Assembly: GCF_002105155.1 (NCBI RefSeq)
Contig: NW_019029006.1
Coordinates: 186,001 to 250,000, forward strand
DNA length: 64,000 nt
DNA from: Lobosporangium transversale
Taxonomy: Eukaryota
Direction: 5' to 3'
This document shows, one piece after another, positions 31,127 through 43,357 of this stretch; position 1 is the first letter of the stretch, and each line of letters opens with the position of its first letter. Both the position numbers and the translations under genes were made by a program. The notes under the pieces were generated by a model. That model was not told the origin of the DNA. It did no database searches and was given only the letters and a program-made list of their open reading frames with translations.

Positions 31127-33365
31127 ATGGCTACTGTCCATAGCCTACCTACGGGCACTAATTCCGTAGAGCCACGCCATGACACTCTTCCCGAGGACAT
31201 GTCTTCGCCTGTGCTCCCCTCTGACCCAGAGTTTGACTCGGCTGAGGAGCACCAACCCACTCGTACACCTTCGCCACCATCTGGTCCTCCTATTACAGGC
31301 GCAGCTTTGCCTTCCAATAACAATACAAATACATTTGATAATGCGCAACACCATTATCAACAATTACAACACCAACAGCAACAACAAACAACACCCCTCA
31401 GTCAGCAGGATAGGAACTCTCAGCGTACCTTGCATGTCCCTGCTCCACTCCGGAGGCACACTAGCAACAGCTTCATGGCTTTCAATGAGATGCCTACATT
31501 AAACGCTTTTCTTAATCACTGTAACCTCTCGCAATATCTTCAATCATTTACTGATGCTGGTGCCACTGATGAATACATGCCGCTTATGATTGATTTTGAC
31601 GACGACGACCTCAAAACTGTTATGGAATCTATTCCCATGAAGCCTTTCCATGCTGTTGCTTTTCGCAAAGGTATCCGTGACTTGCGAGAAAGAAGCCGTA
31701 TGGGGTCCATGCACTTCGATAATTCACAGAGCTCATTTATGCAGCCAGAACCACACAGCACGCTTCATTACTCGCATTCACAATTCTTCCAGCAACCATC
31801 TCAACCTTCACAGGTTTCACATACTCAGCGGTCGCATTCATCACAGACATCAGCCAGTCTTTCACAGCCTTCAAGGGGATATAGTCATCATCCTAATTTG
31901 TCACAACAGACCCCAGAGTTATATCATCAGCCCTCCATCTCTAAAAGCAATTCCCAAAGACAGAATTCACAAACCAGCTCTTCACAACCACAGGCACCTT
32001 CATTCATCCCAACACCATCGCAAGTGCTATCTGGCGGAGCGATCTATCAGTATGTTGGGCCTGCACCACGTAATGTGGAGGCTAACTACGTTTCTCAACC
32101 AGTTACTATCTTCCATCCAGAGCAAAGGACCCCTAGCAAGGTAAACATGGGTTAAAACCTAAATCTAGGGAATGGTTTTGATCGATCTGATATCTGAGTT
32201 ACGATGTGATATTTGACATGGTGACTGACTAAAATGTAAGAAAAAAATGTTTTGAATTGACGTATTATAGAACGAGCATAGACCACTAAAGCGTAGACGG
32301 TCCTCCACAAAGACTCCTCCTAATACTGTAGTTGAAGACTCATCGCCCGTATTGCCAGAACCTAGCTCATTCAACTCTAGTTCCTCTTCTTCATGGGGTG
32401 CTAATACACCCAATACTATGCAGAGCTCCTCCAATACACAGCAAGATGCAGCCACTCGAGAGATGATTATGCATCAAGCGCTCATTTATGGGAAGGATTC
32501 TTCTCGGTCCTTGACAAAGTACGAGCATGCCATCAATTGCGCTGCTCAGAGTCTTGCTCTCGAAGACCCTAGTTTACTGACGAACAAAGGAAAACTTTGG
32601 ACCAAAGCTAAAGCAAAATTGCTAGAAGAAGATTATGAGTATAAACGGGGCAAATCTCGATCCAAATTGCCAGAAGCCGAGCGGAAAAAGGATCAAAAGA
32701 GTAGTAAGGAGCGTTTAGTTCAGAAGAGAGAGGCCAATGCATCAAATGCTGCTAAGCTTCGTGTTCGCCGTATCAATTCGCTCAACGAGCAATTTCATCG
32801 TAAGACTGCAGATCGTGAGGCTCTATTGGCTCATCTCCTTCGTCTTGAGTCGCCAGAGTATAAGCAATCAAATCCGGCGACTTTCGAAATGGATGCGAAG
32901 CAAGCTCGTGAAGACTTGACGCGTGTGGAGAATGAACGACAGACTATCTCTAAAGAGCTCGGATCGCTCAAGAACAAAGAGCGGAAGCACCAATGGTACG
33001 AGAAGAGGAAAAAGGATCGGGCTGAAAACGGAGAGCCATCTGAACAAGAAGACAAGGCTTTGAATGCCGGAACAGATGCTGAAGCAGATGGAGAGGCAGA
33101 GACGGATACAACGGTGGATCCTGATGGCGATGCCAGTCAAAAGGCTCAAGCAGCTAAGCCGGAGCCTGCAGTAAGCTCCTCATCTGCATCAAAACAGGAG
33201 TCAACACTATCGAAACCAATTACCTGGAAACCTCGAGCAACCGTACTGACACCACCTGCACCGGCACCCACAGCTTCGAATGACGTTACTAAGCCAACGT
33301 CACGACCTAAGAAGCTAAAAGATGTATTTCGAGTTAGCGAATACACGCCGGTCGTGAAGTCGTGA
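31127..33365 (+). CDS. NAB (NGFI-A binding)-like protein with NCD1-like and NCD2-like regions; exons 31127-32140 and 32271-33365
   Basis: In-frame GT-AG intron at 32141-32270. NCD1/SAM-like LNAFLNHCNLSQYLQSFTDAG..DDDDLKTVMESIPMKPFHAVAFRKGIRDL; NCD2-like IMHQALIYGK..LTKYEHAINCAAQSLALEDPSLL..LWTKAK. Recognised from recalled motif similarity. Confidence 0.75.
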
Positions 33366-34254
33366 ACTCAGAGCGGTGTGGGTCAGATTATCATCGCATG
33401 ATTGAAAAAGAGTGAACACAAAGCTCCTACTTGTAATTATCCCATTACTCCATTTTCTTTTTTCCTTCTTTTTTATTTTTACTATCAACCTGTCCTATAT
33501 ATACTTTACTTGGTGTTCTTGTGCTGGTCGTGCTTTATGTAAGGCATGTTTTATGTTTGCCGTGCTCGTAAATGACCATCGCTTTACACGTGAATACGAC
33601 ACTTGTTTCCACAATTTGGTAGCCATTGATAATACCACCAAAGGGAAAAAAGCGCTTCGGAGAAGGAGCACTTCAGAATGAATGTATACATACTTGAAAA
33701 TGTTTATTGAAGCACAGTTTAATATGCCTTTAGAGACATCTAGCTGGACCCACATTCAATATTAAGCAGATCTGTTCTCATGATGATGACGCGAAATGAT
33801 TTTATTTTTAAAGGTTGACGACTTTGGCAAAATTTGTTGTGTATCAATTGAGCACAATCCTGGCTAGTGAGCGAAAATGTGAAAATGGACTAACATAAAG
33901 AACGGAGAATGTTCTACTTTAAGTTCTATACACGTACACGTTGAATGAGTTGAGTGGGTTGGAGGGACGTTTATCTGTCACAAATCGAAGTTGTCAGCAT
34001 AAATACAAAAGATGGGTACAAACAAGACACAGCTTGTTTTTTTTAGCCTCAGACAAAAAAAAACTTTTTTGGTTCCTGGTCGTGGCACCCATATCTCTCT
34101 CGGACCAATTATCGAGCCCTACTTTTTTGACCCCCTCTCTTCTTTTTCTTCTCTCTCTTTCTTTCTTTTCTTTTTTTCTTTTTTTATTCACACACTCCAT
34201 TCTTCTCATTCCTTTCCCCTCCACCTCCCTCCGATTGTGTCTATTCTTGTCGTC

Positions 34255-34701
34255 ATGGAGCAACTCCTCAAGTCACCTCAGGACTTTTTTATTGATTTTG
34301 CTAGGAACTTCGGTGTCCTCGCAGCTCCTTATGTCGACCCTCTCGAGGCGGCAGTGAGGGGCCAGCTGGAGAAGCTTTTCCCCACAGCGGTTCAGCATGT
34401 TGACCGGTTCCTGAGTGCGGTAGAATCGCCCTTGGCAGTTCAAAATCTTCCATTGATGAATGGATTTCATGTATTTTTGATCGCAACCGCGTATTTGGTG
34501 GTTGTCTTTTTGGGAATGCAGATCATGAAACATTTTGAACGATTTGAGGTCAAGACTTTTTCATTGCTTCACAACTTTGTCCTGGTTTCAATCAGTGCTT
34601 ACATGTGCGGAGGAGTTCTTTATGAGGCTTACAAGTCCAACTATGGATTGTTTGAGAACTTAGCGGACCACTCTAGCAAGGGATTGCCTGTAAGTATCCG
34701 T

Positions 34702-34739
<38 letters not shown>

Positions 34740-34814
34740 TTTTCCCAAATGGATCCTTTTCTTCTTTTTTGAGTTTATGAGCAAAAGAAACACGTATGCA
34801 CCTTGATACATTCG

Positions 34815-34848
<34 letters not shown>

Positions 34849-35837
34849 ATCTGCACACAATTCGTTCTCAACTGTACCATATTATTCAAGTTACGAATTG
34901 ACACCTGAAAATAATGCAGCGGGAAGGAATTAGGGAGGGAATATGCTTTCAACAGAAAAAAGACAAAAAAAACTTTGTACTCCCACACTTTTCGCATGAT
35001 TCATGAACAAGAGTATAGCAATGCGCTGACAGGAACTATGCCACGGAACTTGAGCATTTTTTGCATCTGGAAAAAAAAAATGTCTAATAAGCAAATAAGC
35101 ATGCGCACGCTTACAAACCGGCGTATGTACAATTTGAGTCCACGACAGACTTGACAAAACACATGTCTAATTTATTTTAACCTCCTTACATCTAGATGGC
35201 CAAGATGATCTGGCTCTTTTACTTTTCCAAGATCATGGAGTTTGTTGACACGATTATCATGGTCCTCAAGAAGAACAACCGCCAGATCTCGTTCTTGCAC
35301 GTCTATCACCACTGCTCCATCTTTACGATCTGGTGGCTGGTCACTTTGGTTGCCCCCAACGGTGAAGGTAAAAAAAAAAATAACAAGATGCAAATGGCGT
35401 GTACTTGGTGTTTCATAATGAATAATGAAACCCCGCATATTTCTGTTGGAATGTTGGTCATTTCTTCTGAACTAAAATATCAACCTCAAAATCAACCTAA
35501 ATCAATAATAGCCTACTTCTCTGCCGCATTGAACTCCTTCATTCATGTTATTATGTACGGCTATTACTTCCTTTCAGCTCTTGGCTTCAAGCAGGTTTCC
35601 TTCATTAAGTTCTACATCACTCGCTCACAGATGACTCAATTCTGCCTGATGATGATTCAGGCCTCGTGGGACATGTATTCCATGAAGGTTTTGGGTCGTC
35701 CTGGATATCCCTTCTTTATCACTGCTCTTCTGTGGGTCTACATGTGGACCATGCTTGGTCTTTTCTACAACTTTTACAGGAAGAACGCCAAGCAGGCCAA
35801 GCAGGCCAAGCAGGCCAAAGCAAAGAAGTTGCAGTAA
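34255..35837 (+). CDS. GLELO: Delta-6 PUFA elongase (GLELO type); exons 34255-34689, 35196-35367, 35512-35837
   Basis: ELO motifs KIMEFVDT, FLHVYHH, NSFIHVIMYGYY and TRSQMTQF, plus an ER-retention-like KKLQ end. The N-terminus (AAPYVDPLEAA..AVESPLA) matches Mortierella GLELO as I recall it. Confidence 0.95.
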
Positions 35838-36027
35838 AAACAAAAAAGCATAGAATAAAAAAGGAGATGCTGGCAATAAAATAAAGAATGGAAAGAAACA
35901 ATCGCTCTGGTCCATCTTTTCATTGCCGTCGTGTTTGTGCTTGCATATCATTTTATACTTTATTGCTTTGATATAGTTTGTAGGATGTCCTCTATCAATG
36001 CAATACTCTCTATTTTACTACATTTAC

Positions 36028-37056
36028 TCACTTCGCATCATCGTCATCATCACTCTGGTCATCAAGATCAGTATCCCATTCATCTTCCCACTCGTTACCC
36101 GTGACTAGTATTCCACGACTCTTCCAATAGGCTTTTCCATAGGTGCACAAGATTTCTTCACCTGGCTGAATCCGTTTAAGGACTTTACAGCCCATTCGGA
36201 CCTGTCCTGTGATCACATCTCTATGGAGGTCCCAACAGACGTTGGGACCTTGCTCTTGAGTCCTGATCCCCCTGAAATCATTGACGAACCGTCCATGGTT
36301 ACCATGGACTGAGGCATCAAGGTTGAGATCATTACAGAGGTACAATGTATGGTCCGAGTTGGGATCTGCATATCCATCAGGGACGACTAATGAGATATAA
36401 TCCAACAGATGAAGGCCTGGCCGTAAGAGTTTTGTAGCAAAAAGACCATATGATCCAAGCACTGGATGATCTGGAGGAGAATCAATGAATCGGATTTCGT
36501 AAGGTGGGGGATCTGAGGAGAGAGTTCGAAGAGAACCAGGGATGGCATGTCCGATGGGTATATCGTCATAGTCTGACTCGAGCTCACTCCTTGGTCCATC
36601 ATCACCCTCTTTCTCCTCCTTATTTTTATTACTATCATCACTCTCGTTTTCCTTATTCTTGTCCTCTTCATATCTTTCTTTTCTGTCTTTTCCAAGTGCC
36701 TCTATCTGTTGTAGCTCCTTTTGTTGACGTCGACGTCCTTGTACAATATCAAGGAGAGAAACAGGAATTGACAGATGATATTCATAGTCAAGTAGATATT
36801 TGACATGTTTGGGCCAATTGACAGGCAATAGATCTGGATCGATAGTTGAGACATGTTCTTGTGTCTCCTGCTGTTGTAAAGGCTGCTGCACAATTGATGA
36901 TATCGTTTTTGGCATCAGCAATTGTTCTAGGTCCTTGTTTAACTTGGCGTTAACGATACTCTCGATCTTCTCAGCATCGAGGGGATCCATAGGAGCAATA
37001 TCTTGATTATACTTCTTATTGCCACCAAGTGGCCTTTCTTTTCCTGTAGAGTTCAT
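36028..37056 (-). CDS. Small SET-domain protein, putative lysine methyltransferase (start codon uncertain)
   Basis: GSYGLFATK..LLDYIS, LDASVHGNHGRFVNDFRG and RIQPGEEILCTYGKAYW; acidic tail. Confidence 0.85.
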   Translation of the reverse strand: MNSTGKERPLGGNKKYNQDIAPMDPLDAEKIESIVNAKLNKDLEQLLMPKTISSIVQQPLQQQETQEHVSTIDPDLLPVNWPKHVKYLLDYEYHLSIPVSLLDIVQGRRRQQKELQQIEALGKDRKERYEEDKNKENESDDSNKNKEEKEGDDGPRSELESDYDDIPIGHAIPGSLRTLSSDPPPYEIRFIDSPPDHPVLGSYGLFATKLLRPGLHLLDYISLVVPDGYADPNSDHTLYLCNDLNLDASVHGNHGRFVNDFRGIRTQEQGPNVCWDLHRDVITGQVRMGCKVLKRIQPGEEILCTYGKAYWKSRGILVTGNEWEDEWDTDLDDQSDDDDDAK

Positions 37057-37216
37057 GGAGTTGTTTGTGTTTGCTTCTTTAACAATAATAAATAAACTAT
37101 ACATGATTCCAACGATTTTATTTAGGTACCGTGGCTTGGAGTATTTCTTGGAATGCAAAAAGTGTTTTCCATTTCCACACGACCTCCATTATAATTATCA
37201 TTTAAAACAAGCAATC

Positions 37217-38225
37217 ATGTCTGACAGAGTAAGACACATCCAATTATGGTTACATGGGACATAGGAAGGATGAATAAGACTGCATGCCATGTTCAATGTC
37301 GGAAACAAAAAAGAAAAAAGAAAGAAAGGACCTGCCATATCCACCAGACGGAAAGTCAAGTTAGACGGACAAAAGACAAACAGATTTTTTTTGCCTCTAC
37401 CAAAATAACAACAGCGATAACATAAAGTGAGCTTCAAAGGAGAAGCGTTGCTGTTGCAGAAGAAATCTGTATCAATGGTTTTTAACAATCTCACTAATCC
37501 GTGAATTGATTCCTGGCTCGTTTATATTATTTTAAATAGCCAAGAGGTGGATATAACTCACGTGGGGGTGGTGGTCGTGGCGGACGTGGTGGTAGTGGTG
37601 GTAGTGGACGCGGCGGTGGACGTGGAGGCAGTAGTTCAACTCATATAGAAAGGCCCAAGAAGGAATCGATCTTGGACCTTGGCAAATACATGGATCAGAA
37701 AATTCGAGTCAAATACAGCGGCGGACGCGAAGGTAATTTCGAACGAATTCGCTTGGAATGACAATAAAAAAACAATATCAAGAAGTTTCAACTAACTCTT
37801 TGTTCTGTTTGATTTTTGGTCCATCCTTTTTTTTTTTTCTGCAGTCGTAGGGACATTGAAAGGTTATGATCCACTGTTGAACCTCGTTTTGGATGAGACA
37901 GAGGAATATCTGAGAGGTAAAAAAAAAAAAAAAAAAAAAAAAAAGATAGAGACATGAGGAGAGAGCCATCCATGAAGCCAGACATATCAATATGAAAATC
38001 TTAATAGTATCTCATGTCTCTATACTCTTGCTCATATTGTCTGGAACCTTCCCTTCTCCTTCTCTGTCATGTAAATTAGATCCTGAGGATGGGCGTCTGC
38101 TAGACCAAACCAGAACCTTGGGGCTCATCATTTGCAGAGGCCCTGCCGTCATTTTGATCTCGCCTATGGATGGTACTATGGAGATTGCCAATCCTTTCAT
38201 TCAAGAAGAGGAAGCTGTCATCTAA
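37217..38225 (+). CDS. LSM7: Sm-like protein LSm7 with an N-terminal RGG-rich extension, 4 exons
   Basis: MSDR / PRGG...PKKESILDLGKYMDQKIRVKYSGGRE / VVGTLKGYDPLLNLVLDETEEYLR / DPEDG..TRTLGLIICRGPAVILISPMDGTMEIANPF. Confidence 0.96.
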
Positions 38226-41153
38226 AAACAGTAGAAAAAATGGAGAAAAGAACCTCTATCTTTATACAAACAATTGAAGAAGTCTTGACTACACCCTCAT
38301 TAAGGCCAACTAAAAAAAAAAAAAAAAAAAAAAAAAAAACATGCTTGGAAATATGAACGTTGGAGTGTCTATTCTTTTTGCTATTTTATTCATCGCCCAG
38401 GTGAAGAAGAATTGCATATATTCTTCTGATACAAAATGTATTATCTGCTTTTCGTCTCTGCTTGTCAAGAGGGTCTTCTAGTAAACAATGGCACAAATAT
38501 TCAGGTGCTTATTCTTGTGCATTTATGAACTAATTTGTCTCTTTACAAATGCTCCGTTTCTATCGCCCACGCGCTATTAGTCGAAAATCCAGAAGGTGCA
38601 GTTGTTTGATGCTAACGACGTTCAAAAAAAAAGAAAAGCAATTATGAATAAGCAACAACCAGATATTGATAGTAAACGGTAGCAATAATTATGAACCAGA
38701 AGCCTTACGGTCTGTCCGCGTTTCGTGCCCGTGAGGCGGTAGTCGCGCTCCATCATGATTCTGTCCCAGCGGTCAAGGCCGTATCTTGTAGGCTACAAAA
38801 TAAAATACATAGTGAATGTAAATGAAATGTCCAAAAAAAAAAGAAAAATCCGTGCTGCTTTTCCTCATCCATTGAACAGACTTATATGGGAAGGGACCAA
38901 TGATACACCAAAAAAAAGGTGCCGCATCGTGTAGAGTAAATATGGCTATTGTAGATAGTCCATGTCTAAACGTTGTATCCTCTGGCTCCAGTACATAATG
39001 ATCTATCTTTTTTTTCCCTTTTCTTTGCTGCGATTGTCTTCTTTGGATCTTGCTCTGTTACCTGTCCCTCGTTGACACTGGTCTTGAGCTTGTGGAAGAG
39101 AATTCCCGAAGCTCCAAAAAATCCGGTAATCAAACTATATTTTTCAATTAATTGTGAATCAAATGGAGAGTGTTAATTCAGAATCTGGAACTCGAATGGG
39201 TCTTTACTAATCTGATTATGAAGAAGTTCTTTATATTTTTTTGTTACCCAAGAGGAATGAAGGCCTCAAATGGAACTGGCATATTCGGATGTGATTACAG
39301 TGGCGAAGGGGAGAATAACTAAATAATTAAATAAATACGGATGACAACTTTGAAAGGATATGATGTCTCTGAAGATCGGGTCAGTTTCGGTTGTAGCTCT
39401 AGTACAATGGAAGACTCAAATTACGTCATAGAAATAGATGGGAGTCGAGATCAGCTGATTTATTGCTCTGAACACCTCTCACTATCATTGTATCGATTAC
39501 TCTCTCTTCTTTCCTTTCCCCTCTTTGGTTCAGTTGGTGCAGTATAACTGGCGAGATATCCTCTCGAGAGAGAGCCCTGAGTCGAATTCAACGCGCGCAA
39601 GTGAGAAAGTTGGTTGAGGAAAGAGGTAACAGAGAGGATGTTTATGGGACGGCTGGCATGAAGAATTTTATCAAGATGGCGAAGACTGCAATTAAAGAGC
39701 TCTACGAACATGGCGGAAGGTGTATCGAGAATCTAATTTGGTTATCAGAACCACAATCGTGGCGAGGAGACTAGCGCCATGTTGAACATCAAAGCCGTCG
39801 TAGATCCTTAACACCACATATGTATATGTGCTTGCAAGGCATTTTATTCCTGTCGTAGTTAGGGCGCGGACAAGAAAAAAGGACATTGTCGCCTATGTCC
39901 ACATCAATAGAGTACTCTTACCTTAGTGTAGAAAACGATTTAACTAGCAACTGAAGGGTTAGCAATCGTTAGAATATCACTTATAAACCTTATACATGCA
40001 ACATTTAAATTGAATGCCAAAGTCTTCGCTTTTCTTTCCTTTTCGTATAAAAATTTATTGGTTTTATGTGTTGGTATTTCTACACGCGCACGGAGAGATG
40101 GCTTTGAGAAGTGCTTCTAACTGATATTCATGCTCCTTCCAGACCATAATCTTTTTGTTACGTCCTAGGGTTTGGGGGTGCACCCAAAAGGGATACTTTC
40201 ATTTTAATTCATAATATCAGATAAGTTAGTAACGCCTATGGTGGGGCCTAATAAAAGGTCCCCACCTAGCAACCAAATAATAAACTCTCGATCTCCTTGA
40301 CATACCAGCCTTCAGAAAAAAACCCAGCTTGTGGTCGTATCTTCAGCATTACCACCAGCGGTTTTATATAAATTTTATATATTCTTCTGAGGATATAGCG
40401 AAGATGAAATAGCATATGATATCTTTTCAGCCCTTCCGAACGAGTCGATACAAAGGAATGAAGGGACGAGACGGAAGTGTATCCCCATAGAAGAAACTGA
40501 TATTTGCTGTCCTTGGTGGTTATTTTGCACCGTTCTGTAATTTTAGCCTGTTTACCACAATATCTGGAGTGGTGTCGAAAACCGGCCGAAACAAAAGACA
40601 GAAGCTTAAACACGCCGGCATACGGAAATGTCTGTATGTAACGAGAGGAGACCATTGGTCAAAAAATTCGGGTGTTCATACAGTAGAAATTTCCTGTCCT
40701 CTTTGCGGTAGAGAGGATTGGGTACGAGCCTACTTGATTGGTGCATTGAGAACGACATGACTCTAATACTTCTTTGCAAAAGAAACCTGCCTCTGTTCAC
40801 ATACGTCCATTGTATGCAATTCAACCCAAAGGTACTCACACCAGAAATATATATATATCCCGCATGATTGGTGACATGCCTGGAGCAACGGACACATGCC
40901 ATGAAAGATAGAGTCCTAGCCTTGACACAATAACTGTTGCTATGTGGACTCTTGCTATGTGGACTCTCTAGAATTACTCTGTGACCACAGAGATATGGGT
41001 CTATCGATCATGCTGTGTTGCCAAGAACTTGAAAAGGTATATAAACTCTTCTTCCTCACACTAAAGTTTCCTTAACACCACTCACATTCTCTCAACACAG
41101 TCTTTCACCGTCTACATCCACAACACTCGAATCACACATAGTCTTTTCACCGC

Positions 41154-41194
41154 TCACTCCAACATATCATCATGAGTGTGATATGTTGGAGTGA
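41154..41194. repeat. Near-perfect 41-bp palindrome with 16-bp arms
   Basis: tcactccaacatatca-tcatgagtg-tgatatgttggagtga. Confidence 0.9.
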
Positions 41195-42114
41195 TTCCCA
41201 ATGGCTTCAATAGACCCAACAAAACCTAGTCCTCCGACTTTTAGCAATGTTTACCAACCCGGATTTATCAAGAGAAGGCAGCAAGATGAGGAAGCAACGG
41301 ATGCAATAAACTAAGGATAGCAACCAATGGAGTCCATTTCAAGCCCATACAGCGGCAACTACTATCACTATTACATACACCAGTCATATACTGGAATAAG
41401 AATCAAGCTTTCAACATCATCAAATGATGTCATGGGACTCCCAAGCGAATGCCGGGACCATGTGTAAGTCTTCATTATTTTATTTATTTTTTTCTTTTGC
41501 TAAACACAGGAGACAAAGTTCTCCTAGGCCAGATTGGTTCCATGGTAGTCACTTCAAAATAACAGTCAGCTTTTTTTTGCTAACCTATTTTCCTATTGTT
41601 TTATATATAGGATTTCTTTCTCTAACTCGATCTATCTTTGTAGGCGCGCTCACTTTTGTCAATGAGTTTATACGCCCAAGAAGTGCCCACCCATCCTGTA
41701 AAGACTTTGTTGGACAAGTTCCTTGTATTATATCAGGCGTATTTGCATCGCAATGTAATGGCAACATATAATTATTCGTAGCCGCCCGAAGGGACCACAA
41801 CGACCGCATTACCTTCAGCCTGTGGATGCAGATGAACTGCCTCCTTGGATACATTAAGGAGCGATAGCGGCAACAGACATAAGCACAAGAACAGGCACAC
41901 TCACAGTATCGAGTCTTGGTCAGAGCACAGCGGGCAGCGGCATCTTTGTATCATAGCAAAAGGTGGATCAAAGAGGAGGCGTAAGAAGTTTTAATAGTTG
42001 ATTAAATAGTTGGATAACCATATGTGTGTTCGCAAGCTACCACCAAAGTTTAATTACTCCCTAGGTGACGTAATATGGCCAAGATTGTGCTGCACTCGAT
42101 GCTGCAGGTATCTC

Positions 42115-43320
42115 CTAGACGGATCTTCCATTCGAGTCTAAGGGCTGGAGGCATGGAGGTTACCGCTGCTCTAGAAGACACCTGTGCACAATGCCGCAGA
42201 TGTCCTCGGCCGCAAGAATATCTCGGTGAAGACGGGTGTGGCACCTTGGAAAGTACAGCTGCCTCATTGCAACCTACCCCATAAAGCTCTTGCACCCGGA
42301 ATACTTTTTAGAAGCGTAATACTTATCCGCGCCCATGGCAATGTATACTAGTGCATGAACCTGAGTCCAGGAAGCTATGATGCCCACCAGCAGCCTGTTG
42401 CACGTAAAATAAACCTCGGCATCATCTGAGCAAGAATAACTACTTTGTTAGTGAAGTACGCCAAATGTCCCGAGTAGGCCAGAAAGTTGGGCTTGAGGGC
42501 GAACTGGCCTGGCCTGATGGCAATGACTATGTAGTTGTCTGGCTGCTGCTTTTGTCCGATACCTCCCCCAACCATCTGATGAAGCTGGTCGGTGACCGCC
42601 GCGAACTCTTCATTCCTAGCTCACTGGCAGTCCCATTGGTACTCCTTGAAGGCTCTCCCATAAAACTGCTGGTGTTGCCCCTCATGGAACTTCAGATACC
42701 CAGTGTAGCTCATAAAGTCTACATTATAGCCATGAAGAGCAGACAAATTGGTCTTGATGTCCTCAACAGTTTGGTTGACTCCTTCTGGCGCTGACTGCTC
42801 CTGTTACCGCAGACATCGACAGAGTTTTAGCGAGGGATGATAAGCCGCCTTTACCTTAACTGCCAAATTGCAGTAAGTCTCGGGTGCAGGTACCCGGGTC
42901 GACGATGAAGGTGATACTGATGGTGTAACGACGATGGTTGCTGCGGACTGCGCTGCAGCAGTAGGGAGAGTAGCAGTAGGGAGAACGATAGTAGGGAGAT
43001 GAACTGCAGTTGCGCGTGAATTGACTTGTCCGACAGCCAACTATATACATTTGCCGTAGATTCAACCAAAAGCTTGATACCTTTGACCCCACATCCCCAG
43101 AGCTGTGAGATATCTCCCTTCATTTCCACCACGATCCGTATTCCTGTCCTACAGCTGAAGTCAGAGGCAACGGCATCGCTTCTTTCCGAAGCCCCTTGAG
43201 ACATACTGCCAACAGCTCTTTCATTTTGTAAGGCAAAAGTTGTAGTCGGAACCCACTCGTCCGTATCCTACCACGAAGAACATATCCTTATTGGTCGTAC
43301 ACTAACATGCAAAACTGCGT

Positions 43321-43357
<37 letters not shown>

